Positions 51,426-64,000 of a stretch of DNA of 64,000 bases are shown piece after piece (the first letter of the stretch is position 1; every line of letters begins with the position of its first letter). The translations under genes and the position numbers were made by a program. Below the pieces are notes generated by a model. The model worked only from the letters and a program-made list of their open reading frames with translations, did no database searches and had not been told where the DNA came from. The stretch comes from Eledone cirrhosa (taxonomy: Eukaryota). The DNA is taken from assembly GCA_964016885.1 (NCBI GenBank), contig OZ024741.1, positions 238,452,001-238,516,000 on the forward strand, written 5' to 3'.

Positions 51426-52592
51426 CTGGAAAAGAGAAATGTATTTTAAATAGAGTTTTGAAAGATATTGTATTTCACTCCATATCTATGAAAACACAAA
51501 ACAGTCTAGTTAATTAATCATTTATTCATATCAAATAACTATCTACTTCAACATTATTTAACATTTAATAATTTACTCTCAATTCTTTACACTATGAAAC
51601 ATCGTGGTTTAAATGTTTCTGTTTGTGTGCAAAGAGCTGGTCACTTTCATCCAACACAGATAGAATTATCTAGACATTTGAGCACAAGTGATTCAGAAAG
51701 CTGGTATGCAGCTTCTCCTCTGTGCACTAACAGTTTTGACAGGCAGCAAATCATCAAATAAGCTGGCAGGTAAGAATCACTCTTTGCTACCATTAAAAAC
51801 TGAAGCTTCATCTGGTACAGTCATATATCTCACCATAACTCCCTGCCCAAAATTACTCACCAGAGCATTGTGAAAAGAGGTAAAAAAAGAGGCAAACAAA
51901 ATAAAATCCTGGTCCAACAACAACAAAGACTGGACAAGTATTAACACTGCAGGGATCAGCTGTGATTGCTAAAAGCCAGAACAGGGATGCCACATTCTCC
52001 AGCGGCAACCTGGTGCAGTCAGCAACTAATCCAGGTTCTTCTGCACTTTGGGTTGAGGAGGGTAAATTCCCCAAATATTGGTTGCTCTCCGACAGGTTTG
52101 CAGTCGAGCCCATAGTAATGGAGACTTCTGGTGTCCTTGCCCTAGGGCCACCTCCCTGCACACCACCATCGACACAGAGTTGGCTGCTCGCAGGTGAGAG
52201 CCCCACAAGCTGGAATAGCTCTTCCAACATATCTCTCTCACCATCCTCCAGGGAAATGTCTTCTCTATTTTGTCTGCTGGGGCTGCAGGCTGGCCAGCGC
52301 ATGGGCCCCATTTGCTCATAATAGTGAGAGATGGGGAGAGACAGTGGCAGTGGGAGTTTGGTTCCTTTGTGTTCGGACCTGGTGTATATGTATATGTTTC
52401 ACAGACTAGAGTGGCACTCTAATGAATGGCTTTGGCAGTTATCGGAAGATGACAGTAATGATGAACTGTTTAAAAATCATTATGAATTGCATTGATATTA
52501 CATTAATAAGTTTTAATCTTATATGAGACAACTGTGCTAGTGCTCTTTATAAAAAATTAAAATCCTAACATTCCTGATATTTGACAAATTAC

Positions 52593-52749
52593 CTGATATA
52601 ACTGATGTCTGCTGTGTAATATCTCCTTCACTCCATCCCCGTTTATGATCTCTTTGAGATGGTAAGGTATCACTTAGGTTGTTCGATGCTACAATACTGC
52701 TGTTGTCACCTTGTTCACAAGAGCCATCTGAAATCTGCTTATTATAGAT
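52593..52749 (-). CDS. Pcdh: P6 cytoplasmic exon 2 (IYNKQISDGSCEQGDNSSIVASNNLSDTLPSQRDHKRGWSEGDITQQTSVIS)
   Basis: 157 nt (9-nt in-frame extension), tttag| acceptor, G|GTAATT donor. Confidence 0.88.
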
Positions 52750-52910
52750 CTAAAAGAAATAACAAAGGGTTATATGCACAATTGATATGTATAAATATAT
52801 GATTTTGAATTATTAATTTTATGCATTATATCAGAAAACCAGCCTGAATTATGCTATATAGAGATATCAATAGATATAATTATGCAAATATCGTATTTGA
52901 TATTATTTTT

Positions 52911-53092
52911 GGCGGATTGGCAGTATCGGTAGAAGGTCAGACACCATGCTTTGCAGCATAGTTATGGCCCTTTATGGTCTGAATTCAAATCTTGCCGAGG
53001 TTAACTTTGCCTCTCATCCTTACGGGGTCAATAAAATAAAGTACCAGTAATGCACTGGGGTAATTGCTGGCCTTGTGCCCAAAATAGAAACA
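52911..53092 (+). mobile_element. Full-length tRNA-derived SINE in P6 intron 1
   Basis: Same family as 9244; A/B boxes; TSD attatttt. Confidence 0.88.
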
Positions 53093-53304
53093 ATTATTTT
53101 AGATTTGAGCTGGTTAAATAGGGACATTGAATAAAGATGGGTAGGACAACTGTGGGATTATATCATTTCTGAAAATAATTTAAATAATAAAATGTAGTGC
53201 CTCAAAAATGATTAAAAAACACAAGTGATTCTTGTTGTTTAGCCCTGAGTAAACATTCACTGAGCAGGTCTATGATTCAGTTGTGACCTTCCCATCTTTA
53301 TATA

Positions 53305-53881
53305 ATAATGAAATTATTGTGTACAGTGCTCAGGTGCACTACAACTCATCAAAGGTGCATGTATAGTACATAGAATAATGTACAAATGTCAGGAAAATAA
53401 ACAGTGTATGAGTCATGATATAATAACAATAACAATAATGAAATATTGTGCACAGTGCCCAGGTGCACCACAACCCATCAAAAAAGTGCATGTACAGTAC
53501 ATAGGGCAATGCACAAACATCAGTAAAATGAACAGTGCACGAGTCATGATACACACATGTGTGCATGTGTATGGAAAAGGCACATCAGGTGTAGTTTTGG
53601 CGTATTTCGGGAAGCATGAGTGTCTTAAAGGATGCAGTGTCTCGGCAGCTAACAATTGACGCAGGCAGTTTGTTCCATGCCTCAGCAACTCTGAGCGTGA
53701 AAAAATGTCTGCGAAAGTCATGGGAGCTGTGCTGTTTTCTTATCTTGTAGGCATGTCCACGTGTGTTAGACACATGGAGATCAAAGAGGCGCTCAGGGTT
53801 GCAGTTGGCGAGATGGTTAAAAACTTTGTGGGTATTCAGGTTGAAGTTGGCGAGATGGTTAAAAACTTTGTGGGTATTCAA
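53305..53881 (-). mobile_element. Two stacked CR1 3' ends in P6 intron 1
   Basis: ORF 53585-53881 (HAYKIRKQHSSHDFRRHFFTLRVAEAWNKLP) with an internal duplication; two successive 3'UTR tails. Confidence 0.88.
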
Positions 53882-54418
53882 TAAGGATGTCTAGGATTAC
53901 ATTATCCAATGTGTTTTTTCCTTACTTAAGATAGTTGGTTGTGATTTGAGACTAAGTTGGCTGTTAGTTCTAGCAGGTTAAACAATCCTATAGAGGTTCT
54001 CACATTGGCTCAAGTAGTAATTTGCTGAAAATTCATAAAATTGACTTGGACATTGATTATTAGAATTATTTCTATTCAAAATTCAAATTTTCGATTGTGC
54101 ATACAAACTGCTTTCAACACCTCAAATTTGACTGTAATTTACTCTGAAAGTTAAGATTTTTTTTCAAAGACTTTGACGTGTGGCTGTCCACAGAATTTTC
54201 AAATTCATTCTTTTTTTCTTTTCTCACTCTAAGCAGGGCAATAAATTGTAGTGAATAGAAAGCAAGAATCTGGAAGAGAATTCCATAGGCAAGATATTTT
54301 TAGATTATAAGATACTGTTTAAAAGAAATAGAATAAAATCACAATGAAAAACTAATAGGGAGAAATATTCATAATGTTTAAATATTCATTGACAGGCAAA
54401 CAATTTTGTTAACTGTAC

Positions 54419-56818
54419 CTGTGGAACCGGTGGCAGTCTTCTGGGTGTTGTTGAGAATTTCCATTCATTGGTTAACTGTTCCATCTCTGGATAATATGGA
54501 CTTTTAGGGTTTATTGACTGAAGATTTCTAGCAAATATATCGTCTGCATTTCTGGTTATTGCAACAGGATTGTTGGTGTGATACAGTATTTGTCTCATCT
54601 CAGTCGGAGATAGGAATTTTGGATTATCTATTGTTGTAGGTGAGTTATTGGTGTGATTAATACATCTGAAAATACACAGTGTTATTGACACTACAATAGC
54701 CACAGATATTATTACAGCTGCTGCTACAATGATAATTACCCAAGTCATACTGAGGTTGTTACCAGTCTGTAAGTGGACAGCATTCAACATTGGAGATGTA
54801 TCATTACTAACAAACAGTGTTAGTATGATAGCAGTTGTTACTGATTGAACTGGAGTACCACCATCTTTCACTATAAACTGTAGGTCATATGTTCCTGCAT
54901 CATGTTGGTAAACTGTCCGAGAGAAAGATAAAACCCCAGTGTGGGAGTTGACTGTAAACAGGTTTTTATCATTAGATCTCAGTATTCCATATGTGAGGAA
55001 AGCATTGTTTCCAGTGTCTTTGTCAGAGGCTTTCAGAATTGTGATGTCTTTCTTACTGTGTGGATCATAGTGGACATCTAGATTGTAAGGGTTATTAATA
55101 GGAAAGGTAAAATAGGGAGCATTATCATTTTTATCTAGAATCTCAATAACAATATTGGCAGTGTTATTCAGAGAAGGTGTTCCATTATCTTTGACTAAAA
55201 CCTGGAAGTTATAGATGTCTTTCACTTCCCGATCTATTGATTGTGATGTAGAAATAAATCCATATTTTGTAAGTTGGAAAGGAATGTTATCATTGTTGTT
55301 ATCATTGATGATAGAATATGTAAGTTGACCTCCATCTTCAAGATCAGGGTCTGTAGCATTGATGAAGCCAATAGGGAAGTCAACTTTCTGGTTTTCATAG
55401 GTGAGGAATTGGAATGTATCTTTGGTAAAATGTGGTTGTACATCATTGACATCAGTTACTTTGACAGAGAATTGTTTCTTAGTCTTTAACTGAGGTGATC
55501 CCATGTCATGACATACAATAGATACGACATAGTGGTCTATAATTTCTCTATCAAGAGGTTCTTTCACCAATATTTTATATTCCTTGGAACCCATATTAGA
55601 AAGTTGAAACATTTTATGGTGAATATTACATTTAATTTGTCCATTGGGTCCACTATCTGTGTCAATGACCATAAAATAAGCTATAAAACTTCCAATTTTA
55701 CTTGCTTCTGAAATAGCTGTAGAGGTCTCTGTTAAAGGTGACACAAAATCTATATTTATAGTAGGGGCATTATTTTGATTGTTTATTACATTAATAATTA
55801 ACATTGCCATAGAGCTTAATGGGGGTTTTCCACCATCCCTAGCTTCTAAATATAATTGGTATTTACTTTCTTTATTTCTGAAAAAGTTATTTTTAATTAA
55901 AATTTCTCTAGTTTTGGGATTTAGTTTGAAATGTCTTCTAGCATATTCTTTTGTATTTCTATGTAAATAATAAGTAATATTTCCATTTTGACCAGAATCT
56001 TTGTCTGTAGCTGATACAACAAACACAGGAGAAGATATCTGATGTGTATCACTAATGGTTATATTGTATGTTTGTTGAGAAAACATTGGTTGATTATCAT
56101 TGACATCTATAACAGATATTTCTATGTTTAGAATTCCTTGTTTTGATGGTGAACCTCCATCTTTAGCCACCAACTGTAACATATAAGTGTCTTGTAATTC
56201 TCTGTCTAACATTCCCCCTAAGGTTATTTTAAGTAGATTCCTTCCATCAAATCCTTTAAATATTGATAGTGAGAATTTCTTACTTTTATCTTTGAGTTTA
56301 TATGTGATGTTAGAATTGAGAACACCAATGTCTTTATCAACAGCATTTGGTATTGATCTTGTTGATCCTTTAGCTTCTGTTTCACCAAATTCTATTTTAG
56401 TTTGATCTTCAAGAAAATCTGGGGAATGGTCATTGATGTCTTCTATAACTATTTTTAACTTCAATATTTTTATAAATGTTTCTTCTTTCCTCACTGCTAC
56501 TTTAACAATTCTGGAACATTCCTTGTTATATGTACACAGAGACTCAGCATCCAGTGTCTGTGTAGTGTATAGTTTTCCTGTGTTGGTGACATTGAATAAG
56601 TGAGAACCACTTGACACTGTCCTTTGTAGTTGTGTAAATGTAATGAGAGTGTGTTGTTGATGTGTAAGAGAGTGTGTTAAGTTAGAATCAACAGTAATGT
56701 CTCCTATATAGGTGTGAGGACTGTCTTCTTCATTGACATGGTAAGTAATGTCTATGGACACAACAGAATACATCAGTCCACAGAGAAGGTAAAACTTTAG
56801 GCTATTGTTGTCGTTCAT
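54419..56818 (-). CDS. Pcdh: Protocadherin P6, large coding exon
   Basis: 810-aa ORF, 6 cadherin repeats plus TM; donor CAG|GTACAG; acceptor ttttctttctttctag at 56854-56855. Confidence 0.96.
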
Positions 56819-57244
56819 CTTTGTAATTCTTCATTATTCATGGATTCCTCCGTCTAGAAAGAAAGAAAATGCTGGAGTTAATCATCAATCATATATTAAG
56901 ATTTCAATAATGAGAAATGTATGTTACTTGACATATGACACCTATTATATAGTTGTTATTGTATGAAGACTTTGTGATATTGTAAATTATTAGATTTCGT
57001 AAACCAAAAATTGAACCTAATCCAAAAGAAGTTGATGCAATAGAAAATCATTAGAAGAGGTATTTTATCAAATGGAAAACTGAATTGGAAAGGGCTTTCA
57101 TATCTAATAGTCCCAAAGAAGTTGATATATTAGATTGGCAGTAGAAATGAAAAGAGATAGGAGAGGGTATTCTATCAATAAAGAAACTGGAATGGGATGA
57201 AGTTAGTTCAAGTCCAATATCAGTAAAGAGTCACTTCAAGTCAA

Positions 57245-58920
57245 GTATCAATAAGAATACAACCTTCCCTGATGTGGATGCCAACAGTGAGCTGGATTTG
57301 GTTCTGATGACACTGAAGCTTAAGCTGAAAAGGATCCATAAAAAAGGAGCCACATATATTAATTTTGTTGTAAACTAACTCAAAGATAATAACTCCAGTA
57401 ATGTTTGAGGTGAACATATATGTGATGTTTGCAGTCCTCAATCTTCTAGTAGAATATATAAATTTCTTGACCAACAATATCAAGGTAGCACTTCATGAAA
57501 CTGCATTGGAAGTGCTTGAGGGAAGAAGGAAAAAGAAACTATGGGTCACTGATAACATCTTGGTCACTTTTGATTTAAGATGGGACCAGAGGAAGACCAA
57601 GTGAATATGTCTGGAGGCTGTGAAAAGGAATATCAAGGAGAAGCCAAAGATAAGTGAATAACAGACCAGTCAGAAAATATCAAAAGTTGGATAAAAATAG
57701 GGTAACAGCAAGGTTGTTTTTGAAACCCTCAAAATCTAATGAAAACAAAGTAACACATTCTTACTGCCATTAGAACAAAGTAAATCTACTCCTAACCAAG
57801 GATATAGCCATCAAAATATGGTCTCAGATATGATACCAATATTCTGGATAATTCCACCAACAAGAATAGGGAACTTCTATGTAATTCAGTTTTCCAGGAG
57901 AAAGTATAATTAGTTACTTTCCATACAGACCTGAGGGGAAGGCAATAGAAATTCTTACGGAACAGGCAGGATTCAGGCCTAAATATAGTACAGATATTTA
58001 ACATCCTGCTGCTAACCAAGAAACATCAACAGCACCAATCTATCATAACTTCATCGACTTCAAGACAACCTTTGACCACCTTTGGCACAAGGGTTTGTGG
58101 CAGATATTGAAGAATTACAACTTCAAAAGCAACATGATCTAAGTATTCCAAGCACTGTATATAAACTCAAACAATGTGGCTCTCCTGAACAACATCAAAG
58201 AATTCTTCAGGACAACAAGGACGTACCTTTCGCCTGTACTTTTCAAAATCTTTCTGGAGAACATCATGCAAGAGACACTATAAGACTTCAACATATCTGT
58301 TTCTATTAGAGGATGGCCCATTTTTATCCTGCTCTTTGTTGCTGATATTGACCCATTTGGAAGCAGTGAAGCAGAACTCCAAGAGTTCACCACTAGACTG
58401 GAAAAAATGTCAGGAGCATATGAAATGGAGATCAGCTCAGAACAAAGGAAAACTTGAAGAAGTAGACAAAGAAGATAATGACAATACTTGGTGTGAGTGT
58501 TGAACTCTTGCAGCTGATATGGAATGAAAAATCCAGGTATTCAAGCAAAGGTGCTACAGATGGCTGCTATGCATTCCATACACATAACACTGAACAAACA
58601 AGACAACAAATATGCTGGCAGAGAGGAACCATTTCCTTTGTTTTGAGCTGATCTCCTTGTGATTGTGAAAAGAAGGAATATTCCCTGGTTCAGTAAGGTA
58701 TCCCACCATGACTCCCTCTCTAAAACCATCCTTCAGGGCTCAGTTGAGGAGAAGTGAAGAAGAGGAAGGCAAAGAAAATCCTGGTCCAACATCATCAAGG
58801 CCTGGACAGGTCACAACATTATGACCTAGCTACACATGACAGAATAGAAACCTGTAAAAATGTCTAGAGTGGCACCCAAATGACTGGTTGCTCCTGTTGC
58901 AGGAACCTGATGACGATGAA
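57245..58920 (+). mobile_element. Highly degenerate RTE-like LINE
   Basis: Remnants EQAGFRP, NFIDFKTTFDHLWH, RGRQRKSW; tgatgacgatga tail. Confidence 0.75.
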
Positions 58921-59160
58921 TTGTAATCAGAGAGTAGGACTATACCCTTCTCACACATCGAAATTGCTCCAACATAATCTTTCAATAGAGAATTAGAAAA
59001 GTATTTCAAGTGATATAATTGATTATGTGTTTTTGTCCATCAGAATGAAATTATACACAGCCTGTTTCTTTAACACTTTGGTTACACATTTCATGTTCAC
59101 TTGTAACCATTTATTGGTCTTCTAAGGAGCCACTCAATTTGTTGAATGTAGTATTTTACT

Positions 59161-59172
59161 ATCTCTCTCCCT

Positions 59173-59243
<71 letters not shown>
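59161..59243. repeat. (AT)n(AG)n microsatellite
   Basis: Directly visible. Confidence 0.95.
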
Positions 59244-59244
59244 G

Positions 59245-59853
59245 GATCAGATGGTGTTTACTTGAGAGAAGATTACGTTGGTATGGTCACGTGATGCTCA
59301 TGAAAGATGACAGCTGTATAAAAAAGTGCAGGTTGATCAAAATTGATGGAAGTTACGGAGTAGGTGGACCCAGAAAAACCTGGGACGACATGATAAATTC
59401 CGACCTTGCACATTTACACCTCTAATGGCACAATGACACTGGATTGAGATCTTTGGTGCCACGCAGTAATACCGAAGACCCGCCTTCCCTATGTGCAAAG
59501 TTTACCTACAGTCAGTAGGCCCCTCCAAACCAAGCATACACCCCAACCCACTATCCCTACTCCATCCTTCCACTCCCGCCAACACCACCCTTTCTCTATA
59601 AAATTATGTTGGTACCACAACATCCAGTCCAAACTAATGAGATCGTGTAGGTGTCACGACAAAAAAAAACACACAGTCCACGCAGTAATGTGGTTGGTGT
59701 TAGGAAGGGCATCCAGCCATAGAAAACCTGTCAGATAGTCCTATATGAGTGAGACACAGTCACCCGACCAATCTTGCCTCAAGTGGGACAACCCCCGTCT
59801 AACCCATGCTAGCGTGGAAGATAGACGTTAAACAATGATGATGATGATGATGA
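59245..59853 (+). mobile_element. RTE LINE 3' fragment (family of 21110-23030)
   Basis: Matches 22398-23030 (RRLRWYGHV through the (GAT)n tail). Confidence 0.88.
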
Positions 59854-59859
59854 AAAATA

Positions 59860-61110
59860 TGAGGTTTGTCCCCAAAGTAAGTGCACTAATGTTTTATTTA
59901 AATGCATATTAGACACACAAGAATTTAGAAGTTATCTCATTCAAAATGTGACCCTTTCGATGTCACACAGGTGTTCCAACTTATTTTTCCATTGATTGTA
60001 GCAATACTGGAAGTCATGTGTTTTACAGTGTCCTTAGCTCATTGGTTACAATTTTTGTATGTTTTCCACAGTCCCAAAATGTTGACCTTTCAAATTCGAT
60101 TCAACTTAGGGAAGAGGTAGATATCAAACAGAGCTTGATCTGGAAGGTAGGGAGGATGTGGGAGAGTGGAAATAATTTGGTTTTCTTGCCAGATATTTGT
60201 CCTTTTGGCTTACAGGCCTTGTTTGCGAAGTTATTCCAATACATCTTAATAGAAGGTGCAATTAACTGTCTGCTTGGAAGAAATAATTCTCTGTGGACAA
60301 TACCATGGCAGTCGAAAAAAAATGATCATAATCGTTTTCACCCTGGATCGGCTCTTGTGTACTTTCTTCAGACAAGGAGAATTTTCTGTGTGTTAGTTCT
60401 CACTTTGCGGATTTGCTCTGCATCGTACTCCAATACCCATGATTCATATCCTGTTATTACTTTATACAAGAAATTTGGTTCAGTTTCGAGTCTTTCTAAC
60501 AATCTTGGCAAATTTTGCCACCAGTTCAATTTTTCTCTACAGACAAGTATTTGGGCATTAGCTTTGCACAAATTATTCACATGTGCAAATGGTCAGTTAA
60601 AATTCAATGAAATGCATATTTTTTCCAGCCTGATTCTATTGCAATCATCCTACCACTTAATTGGTGAACTTTTGCCATGACCACTTGCAGCTTTAACACA
60701 TTTTCTTCATTTGTTGACAAGATTGGTCTCCGTAAACGAGGTTCGTATTCAACATTTTTTTGGCTCTGTTTAAAAGCTTTGTGCCTCTTAAAAATCTTAC
60801 TTCTCAATAGAATGGCATCTGCATAAGTTTGTGTTAAAGAATTAAATGTTTCTGTTGCAGATTTGCTGAGATTGACTCAAAATTTGATCACATACTATTC
60901 TTCGATATTTTCCTTCATCACAACATAACAATTATAAACACGTCTGTACACAAACAGCAATAGCTCACGACTGACTTAATCGATTATGTTGAAACAACTA
61001 TGTACACGTAGTCAAAGTCATATCCAACATGTCTATATACATAAACGAGGTGCTGAGTTATCATGTTGTACATAGGAAAATCAATACCTTTACTTTTGGG
61101 ACAAAACTCG
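59860..61110 (-). mobile_element. Degenerate mariner-family DNA transposon
   Basis: Imperfect TIRs TGAGGTTTGTCCCCAAAGTAA / TTACTTTTGGGACAAAACTCG; transposase remnant FLYKVITGYESWVLEYD (ITGDESW motif). Confidence 0.82.
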
Positions 61111-61398
61111 TGTGCCTATCTTTAAATAATTAATGAAAAAAAACTTTCTTAATTAGTTTTGAAAACATAACTTATTTAATCCGAAGTGAACACTGATGGA
61201 ACAAAACCTATTGTCGAAATCATTCGTACCATGATCATCCTGACTTTTTCACGTGGGACAATGCACCTATTATAACATCATGAATCTGTACTTATTTTTC
61301 TTAAGAAGAGCGTGCTCTGAGATACATTTAACTGCTATTTATAGATTGTCGAACGACTAGATACATGAACAGCAGGCAAAGATTACGCAGGGTAATAC

Positions 61399-61413
61399 AG
61401 AGTTGTCTCCCTT
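61399..61413 (-). promoter_or_regulatory. Conserved upstream element AAGGGAGACAACTCT (P6)
   Basis: Motif match; gtgggcac follows at ~61549 as it does in P1 (~5158). Confidence 0.45.
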
Positions 61414-61784
61414 GCATTCATTGCATATGTCAATACATTATTGCATTGTTTATGTGAGTAATATCAATGCAAACTTTATAGAAAATATTGAACTATCCCT
61501 TCACTAATACACTATATTATAACTGTCTTCTAAGTATATAATGAAATTGTGGGCACTGGGGCGTTTATGATGAGCTTTATCAGTTAACTTGGGCAAATGT
61601 CCACAATTTTGGTGGAAAGGAAAATTATCAAAACCTCAGTTGCTGACTCAATGAGATATCGGTAGGTTGAAAAGGCAAGTCAAACAGCAGCCTATTTTGG
61701 TTCAGAATGATACATATTCTCTTTAATGAAAATATGTCTGAGATTGACCTCCCATGGGTACAAGCTGAAGCATATAGACAATAT

Positions 61785-62070
61785 GCCCCCACACCCTCCC
61801 ACTGCAAAGTGGTCGTGGAGGTGCCATGGCAAAAAAGCTCCCAGCCCACACTGTAAAGTGGACATGTAGGCGCCACAGAAAAAAGCACCCAGCACTCACT
61901 GTAAATCAGGTTGGTGTTAGGAAGGGCATCCAGCTGTAGAAATCAAGCCAGAATCAGTTCCAGTATGAGCAAGGCATGGTCAGCCGACCGGACACTGCCT
62001 ACAACAGGACAACCTGTCTAACCCATGCTAGCGTGGAAGAACGGACGTAAAACGATGATGATGATGATGA
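61785..62070 (+). mobile_element. RTE-family 3'UTR fragment
   Basis: ggttggtgttaggaagggcatccagc...aacccatgctagcgtggaa...(GAT)n. Confidence 0.8.
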
Positions 62071-62819
62071 AACATGCTTATTAAACAGTCCTCATTACTT
62101 TTGCTTGGAGAGGCATATTGCAGGAATAAGAGCATGTCCTCTGTATAATATTATCAAGTTGCTTTTAATTGAATATTAAAGTAATTTAGTGTGCCTGAGT
62201 CCTTCTCCTTTTTATTCACTAGAGATAATAACCAAGAATAAACCTTGTACCCAATGTAGCTGTTGCCTTTCAGATTATATTGGAGTTTGTATGTATATTT
62301 TGTTCGTAACATATGTGAGGAATAGTCTTTATTGTTAGTTTGTAGTTTAATGGAGGAAACAGTAATGGCCCAGGAGAAAGGGGCAAAGTTTATGGTATAT
62401 GTAAATAATTGTCTGAAAAAATAATGTTTAATTCCTTATTTTCTGCATTCTTGTGGTGGATTTAATCTCCTGTGCAGTTTGGTTTTAATGTTTACTATGT
62501 GGAAATTAATATGTGATTTGTAACATTGTGATAGGGGCAACGTCTTACTTTCATAACTTGCTGGAATTTGTATGAGTTAGAGAAATGTAATGGTTTTAGA
62601 GTTTTAGTTACGTGCTTCACATTCCTCTGTGTTGGGTCACACCTGGGAAAAGTGTCTTCTATTAGAGCTTTATATTGTCTAATTGTGTGTGAATGGAAAT
62701 TGGAAGGCAGAAACTGTATGGAAGCCCATCAATATATGTATGTTCAGGAATCCAAGAAAACTGCTAAAACACTAATTTTACAGGCATTTACTTATAAAGA
62801 TACATTTGAGATTCATTCA

Positions 62820-63185
62820 GATACCCTGAGTACCTTTTTGATTTCCATGTGTCTAACACACGTAGGCATGCCCACAAAGTCAGAAAACAGCACAGCTCCC
62901 ATGACTTTCGGAAACATTTTTTCACGCTCAGAGTTGCTGTAGCATGGAACAAACTACCTGCATCAGTTATTAGCTGTCGAGACACTGCATCCTTTAAAAC
63001 TTCCATGCTTCCTGCGATTCGCCAACACTACACTTAATATTCCCCATCCATACAGACGCACACATGTATATCATGACTCATACACTAGTCACTTCCCTGA
63101 CATTTGTATATTATTCTATGTATTATACATGCACCTTTGACGAGTTGTAGTCACCTGAGCACTGTACACAATAATTTCATTATTA
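62820..63185 (+). mobile_element. CR1 3' fragment
   Basis: ORF 62849-63037 (RKQHSSHDFRKHFFTLRVAVAWNKLP) plus 3'UTR. Confidence 0.88.
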
Positions 63186-63522
63186 TATATATATATTTGG
63201 TATGAATTGAAGTTGTAGCTGCAATATAGCAGGTACTAATTGAATTGTTTGAGGCAATCACAAAGCACCCAATGGAGTGAGAAGTTAATACATTATCATC
63301 TAGAGTAAATACAAAAGTCAATAAAATGTGACACAAGAAAAACGACCGAAGGCAGTGGCCATACTTATTTGAGATTCATTCTTTCTATTCATTTATTTCA
63401 AATAGGAATTTCTCATAGCGTCAACTAATTCATAAGTTGAATAAATAAATACCTTGATTAGATGTATTCAAATACATCTTGGCTAGTATGTGTCTCATTA
63501 ACATGTATATGTGTTAAATATA

Positions 63523-63562
<40 letters not shown>

Positions 63563-64000
63563 CATGCGTGGTATATATGTACACTCACTTATATACAAAA
63601 TTAGCTTACAGTCTACTGTATTTCAAAATATCTAGTGCTTACAGAAAAAACTTCATATTCCCCAATTGCAATATAAAATAAATAAATAGAAATGTGGTGT
63701 TTTATCTGTCAAACATACTCTATTCTTAACTTTGCTTCATAATTATGAAATAATTATTTATTAAGATTATTCTTTTACTTGCAATAAAATAATAAAGAGA
63801 GAAGAAAAATAATGAACATCTATTGAAAATGTGTTTTCACTGAATTGACAGTTGGAAGATCAAGGAATTGAAATCAGGTTGTAATAAGGACAAATGCTTA
63901 ATATGTTTAATTTTATATTATAGCACATAGATTTATTCAGACAGTATGTTTTAGAAGGGTATTTTAGCAATATATTTTTAGTGATATATTTGTTATATTT

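Noticed and set aside
60018-60680. 220-aa plus-strand ORF
   Set aside because: Antisense to a decayed mariner transposase; no independent gene features.

Overview
AT-rich animal genomic DNA, almost certainly from an octopod cephalopod (inferred from the protocadherin type and the LINE/SINE families). It holds six head-to-tail protocadherin genes on the minus strand, called P1-P6 from left to right. Each has one ~2.4 kb coding exon (signal peptide, 6 cadherin repeats, TM, start of tail) spliced to its own two small cytoplasmic exons (145-157 nt, then 89 nt to the stop), which I reconstructed in frame for all six (~877-881 aa). There are no shared constant exons in this window. Beyond the ORF track: (1) a rigidly spaced non-coding module (GATAAATAA box, TGACTCA exactly 120 nt from an invariant AG|GTAAGT donor) lies between every pair of genes and looks like the promoter/first exon of the next gene; (2) a ~15-nt element (AAGGGRGAYAACTCT on the gene strand) lies in the same orientation upstream of each of the six coding exons; (3) EC1 and EC4-to-tail are homogenised while EC2-EC3 are patchworks of segments shared by different paralogue pairs, pointing to gene conversion or unequal crossover; (4) the EC3-EC4 linker lacks canonical Ca2+ ligands. 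Introns carry CR1 and RTE LINE fragments, tRNA-derived SINEs with TSDs, a Helitron, a mariner relic, a MITE, a ~625 bp palindrome and microsatellites. All coordinates were read by eye; TE ends are approximate.
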